Source: Novakomyces olei (Eukaryota). From it: a stretch of DNA of 64,000 nt. Positions 52,009-63,479 of this stretch are shown in pieces; the stretch's first letter is position 1, and each line of letters begins with the position of its first letter. The stretch covers positions 1,116,001 to 1,180,000 of the forward strand of contig JADEYG010000003.1 of the NCBI GenBank assembly GCA_016906335.1. Direction: 5' to 3'. Both the position numbers and the translations under genes were made by a program. The notes beneath the pieces are model-generated. The model did not search any database. It saw only the letters and a program-made list of their open reading frames with translations, and had not been told where the DNA came from.

Positions 52009-55000
52009 ATGGCAGAGAAACCGGACGAGGCTCAAGTTTTACAAAACTTGGCGCGCGCACAAACTCTTCAGCAAAAACTGACTCAGAATGCTTATCAACG
52101 GGAAAAGTATGTTGAACTCATCTCTCTTTTGCGCGAGACAAAGCAGTGGGACAGCTGGAGGGACACGTATAGTCGCATGCGATCTAAAATGCCTCTTGGC
52201 GCAGGTAAGAGTGCCTTGAAAAATTTTCAGGTCTTTTTGACATTGTGCTTTTTGTACTCTTTTATGTTTATTCGGCTCTTATTGATCTGTTGCCTTTACT
52301 TGACCTCAAATACTGTGCATGGCTTTTACTAATGTCTAGAGCTATGGACAGACAGGCTTGTCGGGGAGCTACAATTGCTGGAAACGGACGACAGTATTGC
52401 AAAAGAAGAGTTGATCAATTTGTGTGCGGAGTCTGTTAGAGAGGCTTATTCTGCATCTCTTTGGGAGGCAGTTTTCCGGTTGAGCCATGCTGTATACAGT
52501 GCCGAAACGGACACGGCAGGAGGCCGGGATGAGGAGCAGGATTCAGAGCATATGCAAAACGAGTTCTTTTGGCAGGGTGTTCGTGCCACCAAGTACGATC
52601 TGCCCAATAGTGCACGTGTATGGCGGTTGTTTGTGGAGCTGCAGTATTCGATATTTGCGCCTATCGAGGAGCTGGATGACCGGGACACTCTAGAAATTCT
52701 GGAGGAGCTCTACCGTGATCGGATTGGCACTCCGCACCAGGATATGGAGGCCACGTTTGCCGATTATTCGTCGATAGTGACGCGCCTGCATCCAGACAAG
52801 TATGAGGGGCTTATGGTCCAGGCCAATGCTGACTATGCTGCGGCCCACAGTGTGTGGAACGAGCGAGAGCATTACGAGCTGCGTTTACGTCATGAGGATT
52901 CGTTGGCCGTTTACCTCGAGTACCTTGGGTTTGAGACCATACCGGAATTGAAGCATGTACTGTTTGAGAGGGCACTGGAAAAGCACCTCCTTGAGCCCTC
53001 TGTCTGGCTCGGCTACACAAGTTTTCTGGGAAGCGAGCAAGACCTTGGCGAGTCTGGGCTGCCTTGCGATACCGCACAGGACGCAGCATTAAAGGCTACC
53101 CGACTATGCCCATGGTCGGGCAATCTGTGGGCCGAGTACTTTTATTGTTTTGCTCTTGCTGCTCCAGAGATTGAAGACTTCCGGGCTAGAGTTGTTCGTG
53201 CCACCAAGATGGCAGTCTTACAAAGCAATGCCCGTGAATGGCTACATGCTGTTTATGGTGTGGGAAATGCTCTAGTAGTTTTACTAGAGTTGAGGTCGGA
53301 TGACGATACCGTGTTTAATGCTAGTATCGATTTGCTCAATAGCTTGGACAAGCAGTTTTATTTCAGTAAGAGTACACGTTAATTTTTTCACTTTATTATA
53401 CTTGTTTACATGGCTTTCGAATCTTTTTTTATTTGTTATTATCAAGTAGAGTTCCGCTGACAGCTGTTTTAGGTTTCACAAAAAAACACAATATCACTGA
53501 CCCAGAGTATGGGATTGCATTAGCAATGATTCAGGTGTACACAATGAACGGCCGAATCAAAGAGGCACAAGGCCAATGGAACAAACTTGGACGTTTGCAT
53601 GCACAAGAGCACACGTATTGGCTCAGAAAGTACAAATGGGCGCTCGATGTCGAGCCAGAAACTGCTATTGAGTCCTTATTAGAAGCCTTCGGCTATGTGC
53701 TGGATGATCCCCGGCCATTGGCGAGCATGATAGAGTACCTGGGCATCGGATCGGGCGTGAATGCCCACCATTATCGCTACTCAGAGGCCGTTCGCAAGAG
53801 TCGTGAATACTGCCTAGCCTGGACGGAGGCCAAACTTGCAGAGCAGCAGCAGGTCTATGCGGCTTACCAGCACGATATAGAAGCCAGCGCGAGCCAAGGG
53901 GAAGGGAAACGCAAGTCTGAGGAGGATACGGCAGCCGCTGACGGCAAAACGTCCACGGGGCCTAAAAAGCGGGTACGAATACTGGCGCCTGGTGAAGAGG
54001 AGGAGAAGGCGGTAGATCAGGGAAGAAATCGTGAGCATAATGAAGTCATAGTATCAAATTTATCGAGGAAAACGACGGAGGAAGCGGTAAGGCAGCTTTT
54101 CTTTGATTGTGGGACGATAGTTGCGCTCACTTTAAAGCAGCCAATTCTGGCAGAGGGCTCCAGCGAAGATATTAATGGGGATACAAAAATTGGAGCGTGT
54201 GCTCTTGTTGAGTTTCAAACGCACGACGGATTCCTATCGGGCCTGACGAAGGATCATCGCCGGATCTTGCAAGCCCCGGACCCGGACGATAATAGCAGCA
54301 GCAGCAGCAGCAGTGACTTACAGGAAGTACGTGTTCACTCAGCCGAGGGTACTGACTTGTTTGTGACTAATTTTAGTCCGCTGTACGATACAGCGGCAGT
54401 CGCAGAATTGTTTGTCCAGTTTGGGCCTGTGCTAGACGTCCGTTTCCCGAGCCTAAAAGTGAAATCGACACGACGCTTTTGCTATGTGCAAATGCTCTAT
54501 GCAGACAATGCGGCAGCTGCAGTCGCTGCGCTTGATAATACGAGTATCCAAGGCAGAAACATCGTTGTAAAGTTATCAGATCCTGCTCAAAAAAGCAGGA
54601 GATCTGGTCCGATTGCGGAGAGACGGGAAGTATATGTACGCGGGCTCGTACCAGCAGCCACGGAAGAACAGCTGCGGCAAGTGTTTGCCTCTGCCGGCAA
54701 TGTAGAGTCGGTTAGAATCCCATTACGGCCGCCGCTGAACACGCTTAATTACGGTTATGGCTATGTTGTGTTTGCAACCGCACAAGAGGCACAACGTGCT
54801 CTTGATACGCTGGAGGGTCACGCAATGGGAAGCACAAGGCTGGTATTGAGCCTTTCTGAGCACAGAAATCGGTCTGGTCATCGGGGCAAGCCGCAAAGAG
54901 GCAGTGACGAAGACGCAGGCGGAGGAAGTACTCTTGGCGAAGAAAAATCGAGTCAAAATAGTGATAAAGCCGAAAGCAAACAAACTTTTGGATCTAGTAA

Positions 55001-55610
55001 AAGCTCAGAACTGGGCCAGTTGATCCGTGATAAGTCTTTGGGTGTTAGATGCGTGGCAGACACGGTTAGTGCTGTTAGGCTGCAAGCGTTGTTTGAGCAG
55101 TATGGGCGTGTAGTGAGAGTAGACATGCATCCAGAGCATGGTGGCGCTATTGTGGAGTTTGATACAGTTGTAGTATGCCTATTCTCTTTTTTTTTTTATT
55201 CTATTTGTCTATTATTCTCATTTTATTTAGTTTATTTATGAACACAAGATTAATTGTAAAATTCATGCTAATTTTTCCAGGAAGCAGGCAAAGCGCAAAT
55301 GGCGGTGGACGGTACGGAGCTAGATGGTGTCTCTATCGCAGTGGGAACGGTGGACGAACTCATGAATCAGCAGAAGGCTGTTGCTGGGCGCAGCCAAAAT
55401 AACGCAAAAGCAAAAGATGAGGCATCTGCACACCCTCGGCCACCTGCAAGCACAGCTTTCCGGCCCCGTCGACGACTTGAGGCTCCTTCGCGATCTTTGG
55501 TTCTGCGACAGACGGCAGATAGAAAGGGAGCAGACAAGCAAGAAGCCATCACTTTGCCCTCTGGAAACAAATCAAACGCTGATTTTCGTGCAATGTACTT
55601 GAACAACTAG
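52009..55610 (+). CDS. PRP24: U4/U6 recycling factor Prp24/SART3 (HAT repeats, RRMs, Lsm-binding tail)
   Basis: HAT-like repeats (LFERALE, KATRLCPWSGNLW), RRMs (LFVTNF...RRFCYVQ; REVYVRGL) and terminal KSNADFRAMYL. Introns at 52205-52339, about 53366-53472 and 55173-55280. Confidence 0.9.
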
Positions 55611-55796
55611 CAGCTCTCTGGTGAAAAACGAATTTGGGAGATTGGGAATGGTACGTCGATCGCGAGTGGTCAGCTCTGCAAGCTTGTGAGCATACTATAT
55701 AATGAAATGTATATACAAACTACCTATTGGCTCCATTAATGAATGGGAGTGTAGTGCCTTTCCACACATGAAAACAAACATAATTAATACCGTACA

Positions 55797-55869
55797 CTAA
55801 CCCTCACTCAAGGTAAACCCTAATTTATCCTACCCCTCTTCAAATGTAATGCCTGAAACCCTAACCCTA
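55797..55869. promoter_or_regulatory. Cluster of telomere-like CCCTAA/telobox motifs (candidate Tbf1 sites)
   Basis: CTAACCCTC, AAACCCTAA and AAACCCTAACCCTA within about 75 nt, followed by TATATATAA. Confidence 0.4.
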
Positions 55870-55917
55870 TATATAAGAATTTTACGGAGAAATCAGTATA
55901 CGCTAATCGTGTGCGCT

Positions 55918-57552
55918 TCACATTGAGGCCTTGCCTTGCGGCTCAAAGGGCACAAGACACACAATCAGCCCGGCAAGTATGAACAGTGCTCCGCTAACAT
56001 AAACGGGAACAGCGGTAGAAAGGTCACCGTACATGGCAATAATAGGAGCAATTACGCCAAGGACACGGTTAGCAGTGGCGAAAAGAGCATTGCCAGTCCC
56101 GCGATCCTTCGTGGGCAGTATCTCTGGGGTGAAGGCATACAGCACTCCGTACATGACGTTACTGCAAAAGTTGTATGCACAGTTCCAGCCGAGCAGTGCC
56201 GGGGAGGACCGTGCAGTGGTAGAGCAAAATAAAAAGACGCCCGTCAGAACAGTAGAAACAGCAAGTGTCCCACGTCTCCCGAACCGGGGCAGTTCTACAC
56301 AAAAGGCGCCCAGTATTGCGCCCGGAACACCCATGCAAGCGATAATTGCATTGTTACGGTAAGTAATATACGTGGACGACGCATCGGCAAACGTAGCCCC
56401 TCGTGTAGCCAGCAAGTATGGTAAAAAGTTGTTGTAAAGCGGGAAAGCCAGTCCTACAACGGCCCAGAAAATCAGTAGAAGCGTGGTGGCGTAAACCAAT
56501 TTTCTCGTTGAAAAGAGCGCTCGAAAATGGTGGAGCCGGAACTTTTGCAGTTGCTGTACAGCAGCTTCTTTAGCAGACACGACATTGTTTGTGGAGTCAT
56601 TGACGATGTTATTATTCGCTGCCGGTTCGCACCTTTGCAGGTGGTCAATGGTGAGAGCAGTTTGCTTGTGGTTGTACTTTGCCAGCTTGTGCATTACTTC
56701 AACCGCCTCCCCGTCCCGGCCCTTGCCCATAAGATATTTGGGGCTCTCCCACAGGTGAAACACAAAGAACCGTAGACAAAACATCAGCACGGCGAGGCTG
56801 CCGGCCACGATAACGAGGTAGCGCCAGCCAAAGTTATCCCGCCGCCGGCAAGGGCTTTCGTCAGGGCTGCAAGAGATATTGCCCAGCAAGGGCCAAGCAA
56901 TGAGCGTAATAAACAGCTGTCCAATGCTCCACCATATCGTCATAAACGTCATTATCCACTGGTGGCTGGCGGGTAAAAACTCTATAAGAATCGCACTGTC
57001 CACGGGGAGATTGCCCCCTACGCCGATGGACCATAGCCCGACAAACACGCAGGCGCCCGCGTACGTGGGCGACCCGGCGCAGACGAGACCGAAAACGGCA
57101 GTCACGCCAATGGTGGCGTTGAATGCGGGGCGACGACCGAATACGTCACACCCGAACCCCCACGCAACGGCGCCGATAAGGAGTCCAATGTTTTGCGATA
57201 GTGACAAATATTCCGGTTTTGCGGGGTGAAACTCTGCCGCTACGGGCGTGAGAATAAGGCTCGTGGTAATGGGCCAGAGATTGTCGCTCAGCCAGCCAAA
57301 GCCAATGACCAGCACAAGGCCCCACTGGTACCGGCCCATGCCGATACTCTGCAGTGCCGTGTTTAGCACATGAGCTTTGGCCTGGTACACGGGGTCTAGT
57401 GTGCCCTCGGGCAGAACGTCTTTCACGTTTATGGACGAGGACACGTCTGAAAGCTGCTCGACCGTCTCGTCAGCTTTAGACGCGGCCTGTTTTACTTCAT
57501 TGCGCGAGTCTGTAAGGTCCACGGTGGGGTACGAATCGCTCCGTGTCGCCAT
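55918..57552 (-). CDS. MFS transporter (SV2/SVOP-like sugar porter subgroup)
   Basis: Multiple hydrophobic helices with motifs IGMGRYQW, DVFGRR, GGNLPVD, ESPKYL, FGRRGT and YAFTPEILPTKDRGTG. Intronless. Confidence 0.9.
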   Translation of the reverse strand: MATRSDSYPTVDLTDSRNEVKQAASKADETVEQLSDVSSSINVKDVLPEGTLDPVYQAKAHVLNTALQSIGMGRYQWGLVLVIGFGWLSDNLWPITTSLILTPVAAEFHPAKPEYLSLSQNIGLLIGAVAWGFGCDVFGRRPAFNATIGVTAVFGLVCAGSPTYAGACVFVGLWSIGVGGNLPVDSAILIEFLPASHQWIMTFMTIWWSIGQLFITLIAWPLLGNISCSPDESPCRRRDNFGWRYLVIVAGSLAVLMFCLRFFVFHLWESPKYLMGKGRDGEAVEVMHKLAKYNHKQTALTIDHLQRCEPAANNNIVNDSTNNVVSAKEAAVQQLQKFRLHHFRALFSTRKLVYATTLLLIFWAVVGLAFPLYNNFLPYLLATRGATFADASSTYITYRNNAIIACMGVPGAILGAFCVELPRFGRRGTLAVSTVLTGVFLFCSTTARSSPALLGWNCAYNFCSNVMYGVLYAFTPEILPTKDRGTGNALFATANRVLGVIAPIIAMYGDLSTAVPVYVSGALFILAGLIVCLVPFEPQGKASM

Positions 57553-59119
57553 TGCTTGCCCACTTTTTTTTTCAAAGGCCTTTTTGTTCGTTCTCGTTTA
57601 CTTTTATTCCTTCTCGTCGTTCTCGTTGCTTTGCTCGACGATTCCCGATCAGATACAGTACTCGGCTGCTGGATGTGCTGCGTGACAGCGATCAGGGCGG
57701 CTCTGAGTGTGCGATTTGCCGTTCAATGGACGGCTGAACGGCGACTCGTCGTTCAATTGCGGCTCAACTGTTTCAATTCGCCTATGAGATCATTGTGATC
57801 GCCATGTTTGGGTTTACGGGCTTATCGTAACGACACGGGGTATTACTTGAACGTGGGAGTAGGAGTTTGGCCAAGGGGATTTAAAAGTGAATTTAACGTT
57901 TTTGCTGTAATTATAGCTTATAATAATAATTAATTTAATAATTAATAATTAATTTAATAATTAATATTGTTGAAGATAGAAGGTTGGAATTTGTTCTTAT
58001 GGTAGATTAAATGAATTAGAACCTCTCGATTGCTTTAGCTGAATCCCCCGAGGGGTATGAGGGTTCGCTTGAGCTGTATATATATAACTATGTATTTTTG
58101 AGTGAGGTCCTGTAAAGCAAAAGTCAAACAACTGACACTAATGGTAGAGTTGTCTTAGCCGGTCAGTGAGTCGGCAAGTGTACCATTATAAGGGGATAAT
58201 AGATTCATATTTCAACAAATAAAATTCAATAATCAATAATTAATGATCAATAATTATTTTATATAAAATATTTTATTAAATATAGTCGTCAATTTGCTCA
58301 AATAGTAAAATGAGTGGTAGTCGGTATATTAAATTATATTCTAGTTCGAGTTGGTCCATACTCGTGTTGGAACTATTGGCTCCTGTCGTGCAAATTGTAG
58401 GCTCAATTGCACGCCGGTTCAGTGTTTTAGTCTACATTTTAAATGCTATTTCTCTACCTCGATGCTAGAACTTTATTTATCATTAGTGTAATTTTATTAG
58501 CGACTAGTGCAAGAAGTGTACATACTAAACTCCCCGCTCCACAATACAGACGGGACAAACAAATTGGGGATTGCTGACACTCCTGGTATGTTTGAGGAGA
58601 TATTCTATTGTACAAGAAACCTAGATTTACGGTATTTTCGAACAATCCATAAAAGAGCACCGTTGTTTCGACACCTTTGCACCCTCTACATGGGATATTC
58701 CTACCGTGAATGACAAAATATGGAAAGAAAGCCAGAGCTTAAAAAACGCTAGATTATTTAAATGATCTATATTTGTAATATAATAAATAAATAAATATGG
58801 TAAATAAATTTTTAATAATTAATATAATTATTCAACAGAAAGCAGAGTCTGAAAGAGACAGAAAAGAAAAAAGGACAAAGTAGGCTTCACCAAGTGTTGG
58901 CGAACGCGAAACATGAGTATACAAACCAAAGAGCAAAATATAGACGCCGCCACGAGCCCACGGCCCCCGACATTGCTTGGCACTCCCACGCGTGATTAAT
59001 GTCATAGCACTGACATAATTCTTTATTATAATCTATACACGATGATGTCATGCTCCTCGACCACTCGAGTATAAAACGGCTTTGCCGCCACGCGCCCAGT
59101 AGCACAAACCCCAATCAAC

Positions 59120-61042
59120 ATGACAGGCGCCAAATTCCCCGTAGATTTGCAGCAGTTTAAGCGACTCCAGCTTGACGCGAAGCAGCCAGAGCTGACGAGC
59201 GAACAAAGGGCAGATTTGTTACACAATATTGGCGTGTTTAGAGACGCGATTGTAGCCTTTACAGCTACTGGAGCAGCCCGAGGCGTCTCTGGTCACACGG
59301 GCGGCCCCTTTGACACTGCGCCTGAAGTCTGTGTCTTGCTCGGCCTTATCAATGGGGACCCCAACGGCTATGTCGACACTCTGTTTGACGAGGCCGGTCA
59401 CCGAGTGGCCACGCAGTACCTTTTGGCCGCTCTGCACGGCGACATTGCCCCCGACCATCTGCTCAGCTACAGAGCAGCCGGGTCGAAACTGCCGGGCCAC
59501 CCGGAGCTCGGACTGACGCCCGGCATAAAGTTCTCCTCCGGCCGCCTCGGCCACCTGTGGGGTATGGTCAACGGCATCGCTATGGCCAACAAGGGCAAAT
59601 CCGTATTCCTGCTCGGGTCGGACGGGTCTCAGCAAGAAGGCGATGACGCAGAGGCAGCTCGTGTCGCGGTCGCCAACAACCTGAACGTCAAGCTCTTCAT
59701 CGACAACAATGACGTCACTATCGCAGGGCACCCTTCGCAGTACCTCAAGGGGTATGACGTAGGCCGAACCTTGGACGGCCATGGGCTTAAAGTCGTGCGG
59801 GCAGAGGGCGAAAACATTGACGCGCTTTACGCTGCCATTTGCGCAGTAGTGAGCCACGACGGTCCCGCCGCCGTCGTTGTCAACCGCAAAATGGCGCCTG
59901 GAATCGTAGAAATTGAAGGCCAAACCCACGCGCACGATGTTATTCCCGTGGCAATAGCCAAAAACTACCTCACCAAGCGTGGGTACAGTGCAGAGTCGCT
60001 GGCGTTTTACGACCAAATCAAACCGGGATCCAACCCTCACAGCTACGAGGGCTCTACTGTAGAAAAGGCGGCAAACCGGTCTATATTCGGAGAGGCTGTA
60101 AACGCGGTTCTGGACCAGTTGAGCAAGGGTGAGGCACACGACAGGGTTATGGTCATTGATTCTGACCTCGCCGGGTCGACTGGCTTGAAAGCCATTCAAA
60201 CAAAACACCCTGAAGTGTTTGTTGCCTCTGGCGTCATGGAACGAGGCAATTTCTCTGCCGCTGCCGGGTTTGGCTTTGGCAGCAAGGGCGAACGGCAGGG
60301 CGTGTTTTCCACTTTTTCTGCGTTCTTGGAAATGTGTATCTCTGAGATTACAATGGCCCGTTTGAACAATTGCACTGTCCTCTCCCACTTTTCCCATAGC
60401 GGAGTCGACGAGATGGCCGATAACACGTGCCATTTCGGACTGAACCATTTCTTTGCCGATAATGGGCTTATGGACGCAGAAGTAACACGGCTCTATTTTC
60501 CCGTGGACGGTGAGCAAATGAAGGCAGTAGTAAACAAGGTCTTTTGGGATCAGGGCTTGCGCTTCATCTTTTCTACTCGCTCAAAGCTGCCCTACATCCT
60601 CAAGGAAGGCAGCAGCGATGAAAAGATGTACGGGCCTGGCTACGAGTTTACTCCTGGCAAGGAAGAGTTTATCCGCCGTGGCAGTGCTGGCTACGTTGTT
60701 TCCTACGGCGATATGGTCTACCGCTCTCTCGATGCTGTAGAACGGTTGCGCCGTGAGGGCTTGGACGTTGGTCTTGTTAATAAGCCAACACTTAACGTTG
60801 TTGATGAGGACGCTATCAAGGTTTATGGGTCTGCGCCTTTTGTTTTGGTCGTTGAATCAATCGCACAAAAGACCGGACTCGGTTCACGCTTGGGTACACA
60901 CCTGCTAGAACGGAGTTTGACGCCCAAGTTTAATGCTATTGGCGCTGTTAAAGAGGGGTCCGGTGGACTGTATGAGCAGATCAATGCTCAGGGACTCGGC
61001 CCGGACGATATTTTGCAAGCAATCAAGAAAATTGCAAAGTGA
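59120..61042 (+). CDS. Atypical transketolase-like ThDP-dependent enzyme, 640 aa
   Basis: GHTGG, LPGHPE, SSGRLGH, ThDP motif GSDGSQQEG...DNN, DSDLAGST, GVMERG, STFSAF, and a transketolase C-terminal domain. Intronless. Confidence 0.88.
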   Translation: MTGAKFPVDLQQFKRLQLDAKQPELTSEQRADLLHNIGVFRDAIVAFTATGAARGVSGHTGGPFDTAPEVCVLLGLINGDPNGYVDTLFDEAGHRVATQYLLAALHGDIAPDHLLSYRAAGSKLPGHPELGLTPGIKFSSGRLGHLWGMVNGIAMANKGKSVFLLGSDGSQQEGDDAEAARVAVANNLNVKLFIDNNDVTIAGHPSQYLKGYDVGRTLDGHGLKVVRAEGENIDALYAAICAVVSHDGPAAVVVNRKMAPGIVEIEGQTHAHDVIPVAIAKNYLTKRGYSAESLAFYDQIKPGSNPHSYEGSTVEKAANRSIFGEAVNAVLDQLSKGEAHDRVMVIDSDLAGSTGLKAIQTKHPEVFVASGVMERGNFSAAAGFGFGSKGERQGVFSTFSAFLEMCISEITMARLNNCTVLSHFSHSGVDEMADNTCHFGLNHFFADNGLMDAEVTRLYFPVDGEQMKAVVNKVFWDQGLRFIFSTRSKLPYILKEGSSDEKMYGPGYEFTPGKEEFIRRGSAGYVVSYGDMVYRSLDAVERLRREGLDVGLVNKPTLNVVDEDAIKVYGSAPFVLVVESIAQKTGLGSRLGTHLLERSLTPKFNAIGAVKEGSGGLYEQINAQGLGPDDILQAIKKIAK

Positions 61043-61801
61043 AATGGTCGGCGCTAATCTTTTGCGTGGGCTTTGTAGAGCATATTTATATATAAAACAT
61101 TTTAATGAGAGATACTGATAATTGTCACACTGTCGGATTTGTATGTACAGTTGTAGGTTCGGGAATAATAATGAAAAACATTAAAGGTTTTCTGGAGGAG
61201 TACTCAACCTTTGAGCTTCTTCTCAACCTTTGATCTTCTTAAAAAATGTCCATATCGTAGAGGTCTTTAAATTGAGTATGTAAATACTAATTGATAATCA
61301 ATTACTCAAAACACAAGCCTAACTGCATACAATAATTGAATATACAATCTTCCAATCAGCAGACGGAAGCAAGACGAATTGAAATGTGCATAACCCAGCG
61401 AAAATGTAGAATGGGACAGGTGGAAAAGTATGCTAATAGACAGGCTAAGTGGATCTAGGCCACTTTTTATCAGCAAACCATAAGCAAAAAAAATGAAATT
61501 GTCGATAAAAACAATATCTAATAGCCAATAGCAATTATAACGTGATCGCGGTACAAAGACTGTGACCAAAATGCTTTCAATTTAAATCGAAATATATTTC
61601 CTTAATCCGACCGCGAATTGCTTGTTCATTAAAGTTATTCGCTGGCAAGGATGACATGAAAACGACATTTGGGTCTAATGGCGCTGAGAACATAGCCAAA
61701 GGTGAGATATAGACAGATAAATCGTTCTCATCTATTTCTCGTGAAGGGCAGAACTGACCTTTGGCTTCATAGATAATACACAATGATCCTTTATTCCCTT
61801 C

Positions 61802-63479
61802 TCATAAAAAGTACTCTGATCGTCTAATGCGCGCGGGTATCTGCCGAAGCTCATCAGGCAGTAAATAAAAGTCAGTATTTCAAGCAAAAACAAAACAAAA
61901 CAAAATGAAATGAAATAAAATAAAATAAAATAAAAACTATTATTTCATTTTTAAAAGGGAACTTATCTGCTGTGAAAATGTTAAACTCCGGGTCAAGGTC
62001 GTCACGCACTTTCATGATGCTAGCAACGTTACCGCATCGATAACAATAATTGGGTGCACTCCACACTGTAACCAAACTTTCATCCTGGAAATGATATTTA
62101 AATCCTTCTTGTACAAGTTGATGAGCACGCGCAATCAATTGCAGGCCGTTTAAATGATTGAACTATAATTAGCACGCTAAAATAAAAGATAGCGAGATTA
62201 AACGAGGAAAAGGAGGCCGAAATAAACGGAAAAAGGGACTAGATTTCTTTGGAAATATCGGGCGTCGAGCTTAATATATATAACAGGAAAGACGAGCTAC
62301 GGCGTCAATACTTCATGAAGCCGAGCCACGCGCTCTGAAACAAAAGACGCAAAGACCTCTGGAGCCTATGACTAGCGCCGTGTACAATAAGAGTACTTAT
62401 TCCCATCATAATGAACAAGAATCATTATGAAAAGCAAAACATAACATGACTTTAGAAACTATCTTACCTCTGAGGTCACTTTGGCGCCAAAAAGCCATCC
62501 AGCACCGCGGGGGGATACAGCCCAAGCATCGACCTCTGTAAAATTTAGATTGCAATCGAACAGTTAAAATGTCCCTACCTTCAGGATCTGACCACATTAA
62601 ATCACAAAAAGCTCCTTCATGAGGAATCTCCTGAGCTCGTGCAAGTATTCGAATTTGATCGAGTGTTCGCACTTCAGGGCTCAGCCCACCGTGCACACAC
62701 AAAATCTTGCCGTCTATGACAGCGGCTAATGTTAGAAAGTCAAATACTTGGCAGCAGTATTTCCAGACATTAGCATTCCCATATTTCTGCTGGCATTCGT
62801 CGTAGAAACCGTAGACTTGTGTTATCTGCCGTGACTCGTGATTTCCACGTAACAGTGTAACTTTATCCGGGTACCTTTGGGTAAGGACAAGAATTTGGGA
62901 AAAAGAAGAGGTAGCCTCAAGAAGCACAGAGACAAAAGCGTAGCAGACGGAATGGCTGATTAAATGCAAAGTTCAAGACAGCTTGAGAATGCAAACCGAC
63001 AGAAATATCGAGCCACCGATGAGACAGAGGAGGCAGAATCATCAAATAGAAAAAGACTTGTTAAATAACGATGAATTACTTTGCTTTTAGGCACATCAAA
63101 AGCGTAAAAGTCTCGAGACTAAAGTATCCCCGGTCCACAAAATCACCCTATTTTGTAAGCAGCCGTAAAAACAGCCTTTATTTCTCACCATGAATATATA
63201 ATTTGTATCGGGAACTTCGCCGCCAACTCGAAATAGCTCAAGCAGATCGTAAAACTGGCCGTGTATATCACCAGCAACTGAAACGGGGGACGAAACAGGT
63301 TGGATATTGGACTCCTCCTGTACAAATTAAAGTGTAAGTCGATCAAATTGGCGAGGTTGTACTGTTCTCCTCACCATCAAAATATCCTTGACCATCTCAC
63401 ACAAACGCTTCAGATCAGACTCGAGGAGGTGATTGCACCCGCGCACAATGTCGAGCCACTCGTCGGGTCCTCCACCCAT
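61802..63479 (-). CDS. SIT4: Ser/Thr protein phosphatase PP6 catalytic subunit Sit4/Ppe1
   Basis: [52 protein letters not shown] and terminal YFL. Introns at 63318-63374, 63148-63188, 62875-63079, 62536-62578, 62163-62467, and an AT-AC intron at 61861-61966. Confidence 0.95.

Noticed and set aside
59219-60517. 432-aa antisense ORF over the transketolase
   Set aside because: Shadow ORF expected from codon bias on the sense strand, with no recognisable motifs.
48465-61042. Alternative CUG genetic code
   Set aside because: CTG codons fall at conserved Leu positions (Tbf1 EILRLHG, Pet191 LDMRKRF, transketolase PELGLTPG).
61861-61966. U12-type (minor) classification of the AT-AC intron
   Set aside because: The donor is ATAAGT rather than ATATCCTT, and the branch is TACTGAC rather than TCCTTAAC.
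62250-62390. Possible structured RNA in SIT4 intron 5
   Set aside because: Only a short terminal complementarity (ACGGCG/CGCCGT) and no snoRNA boxes, so it is not distinguishable from chance.
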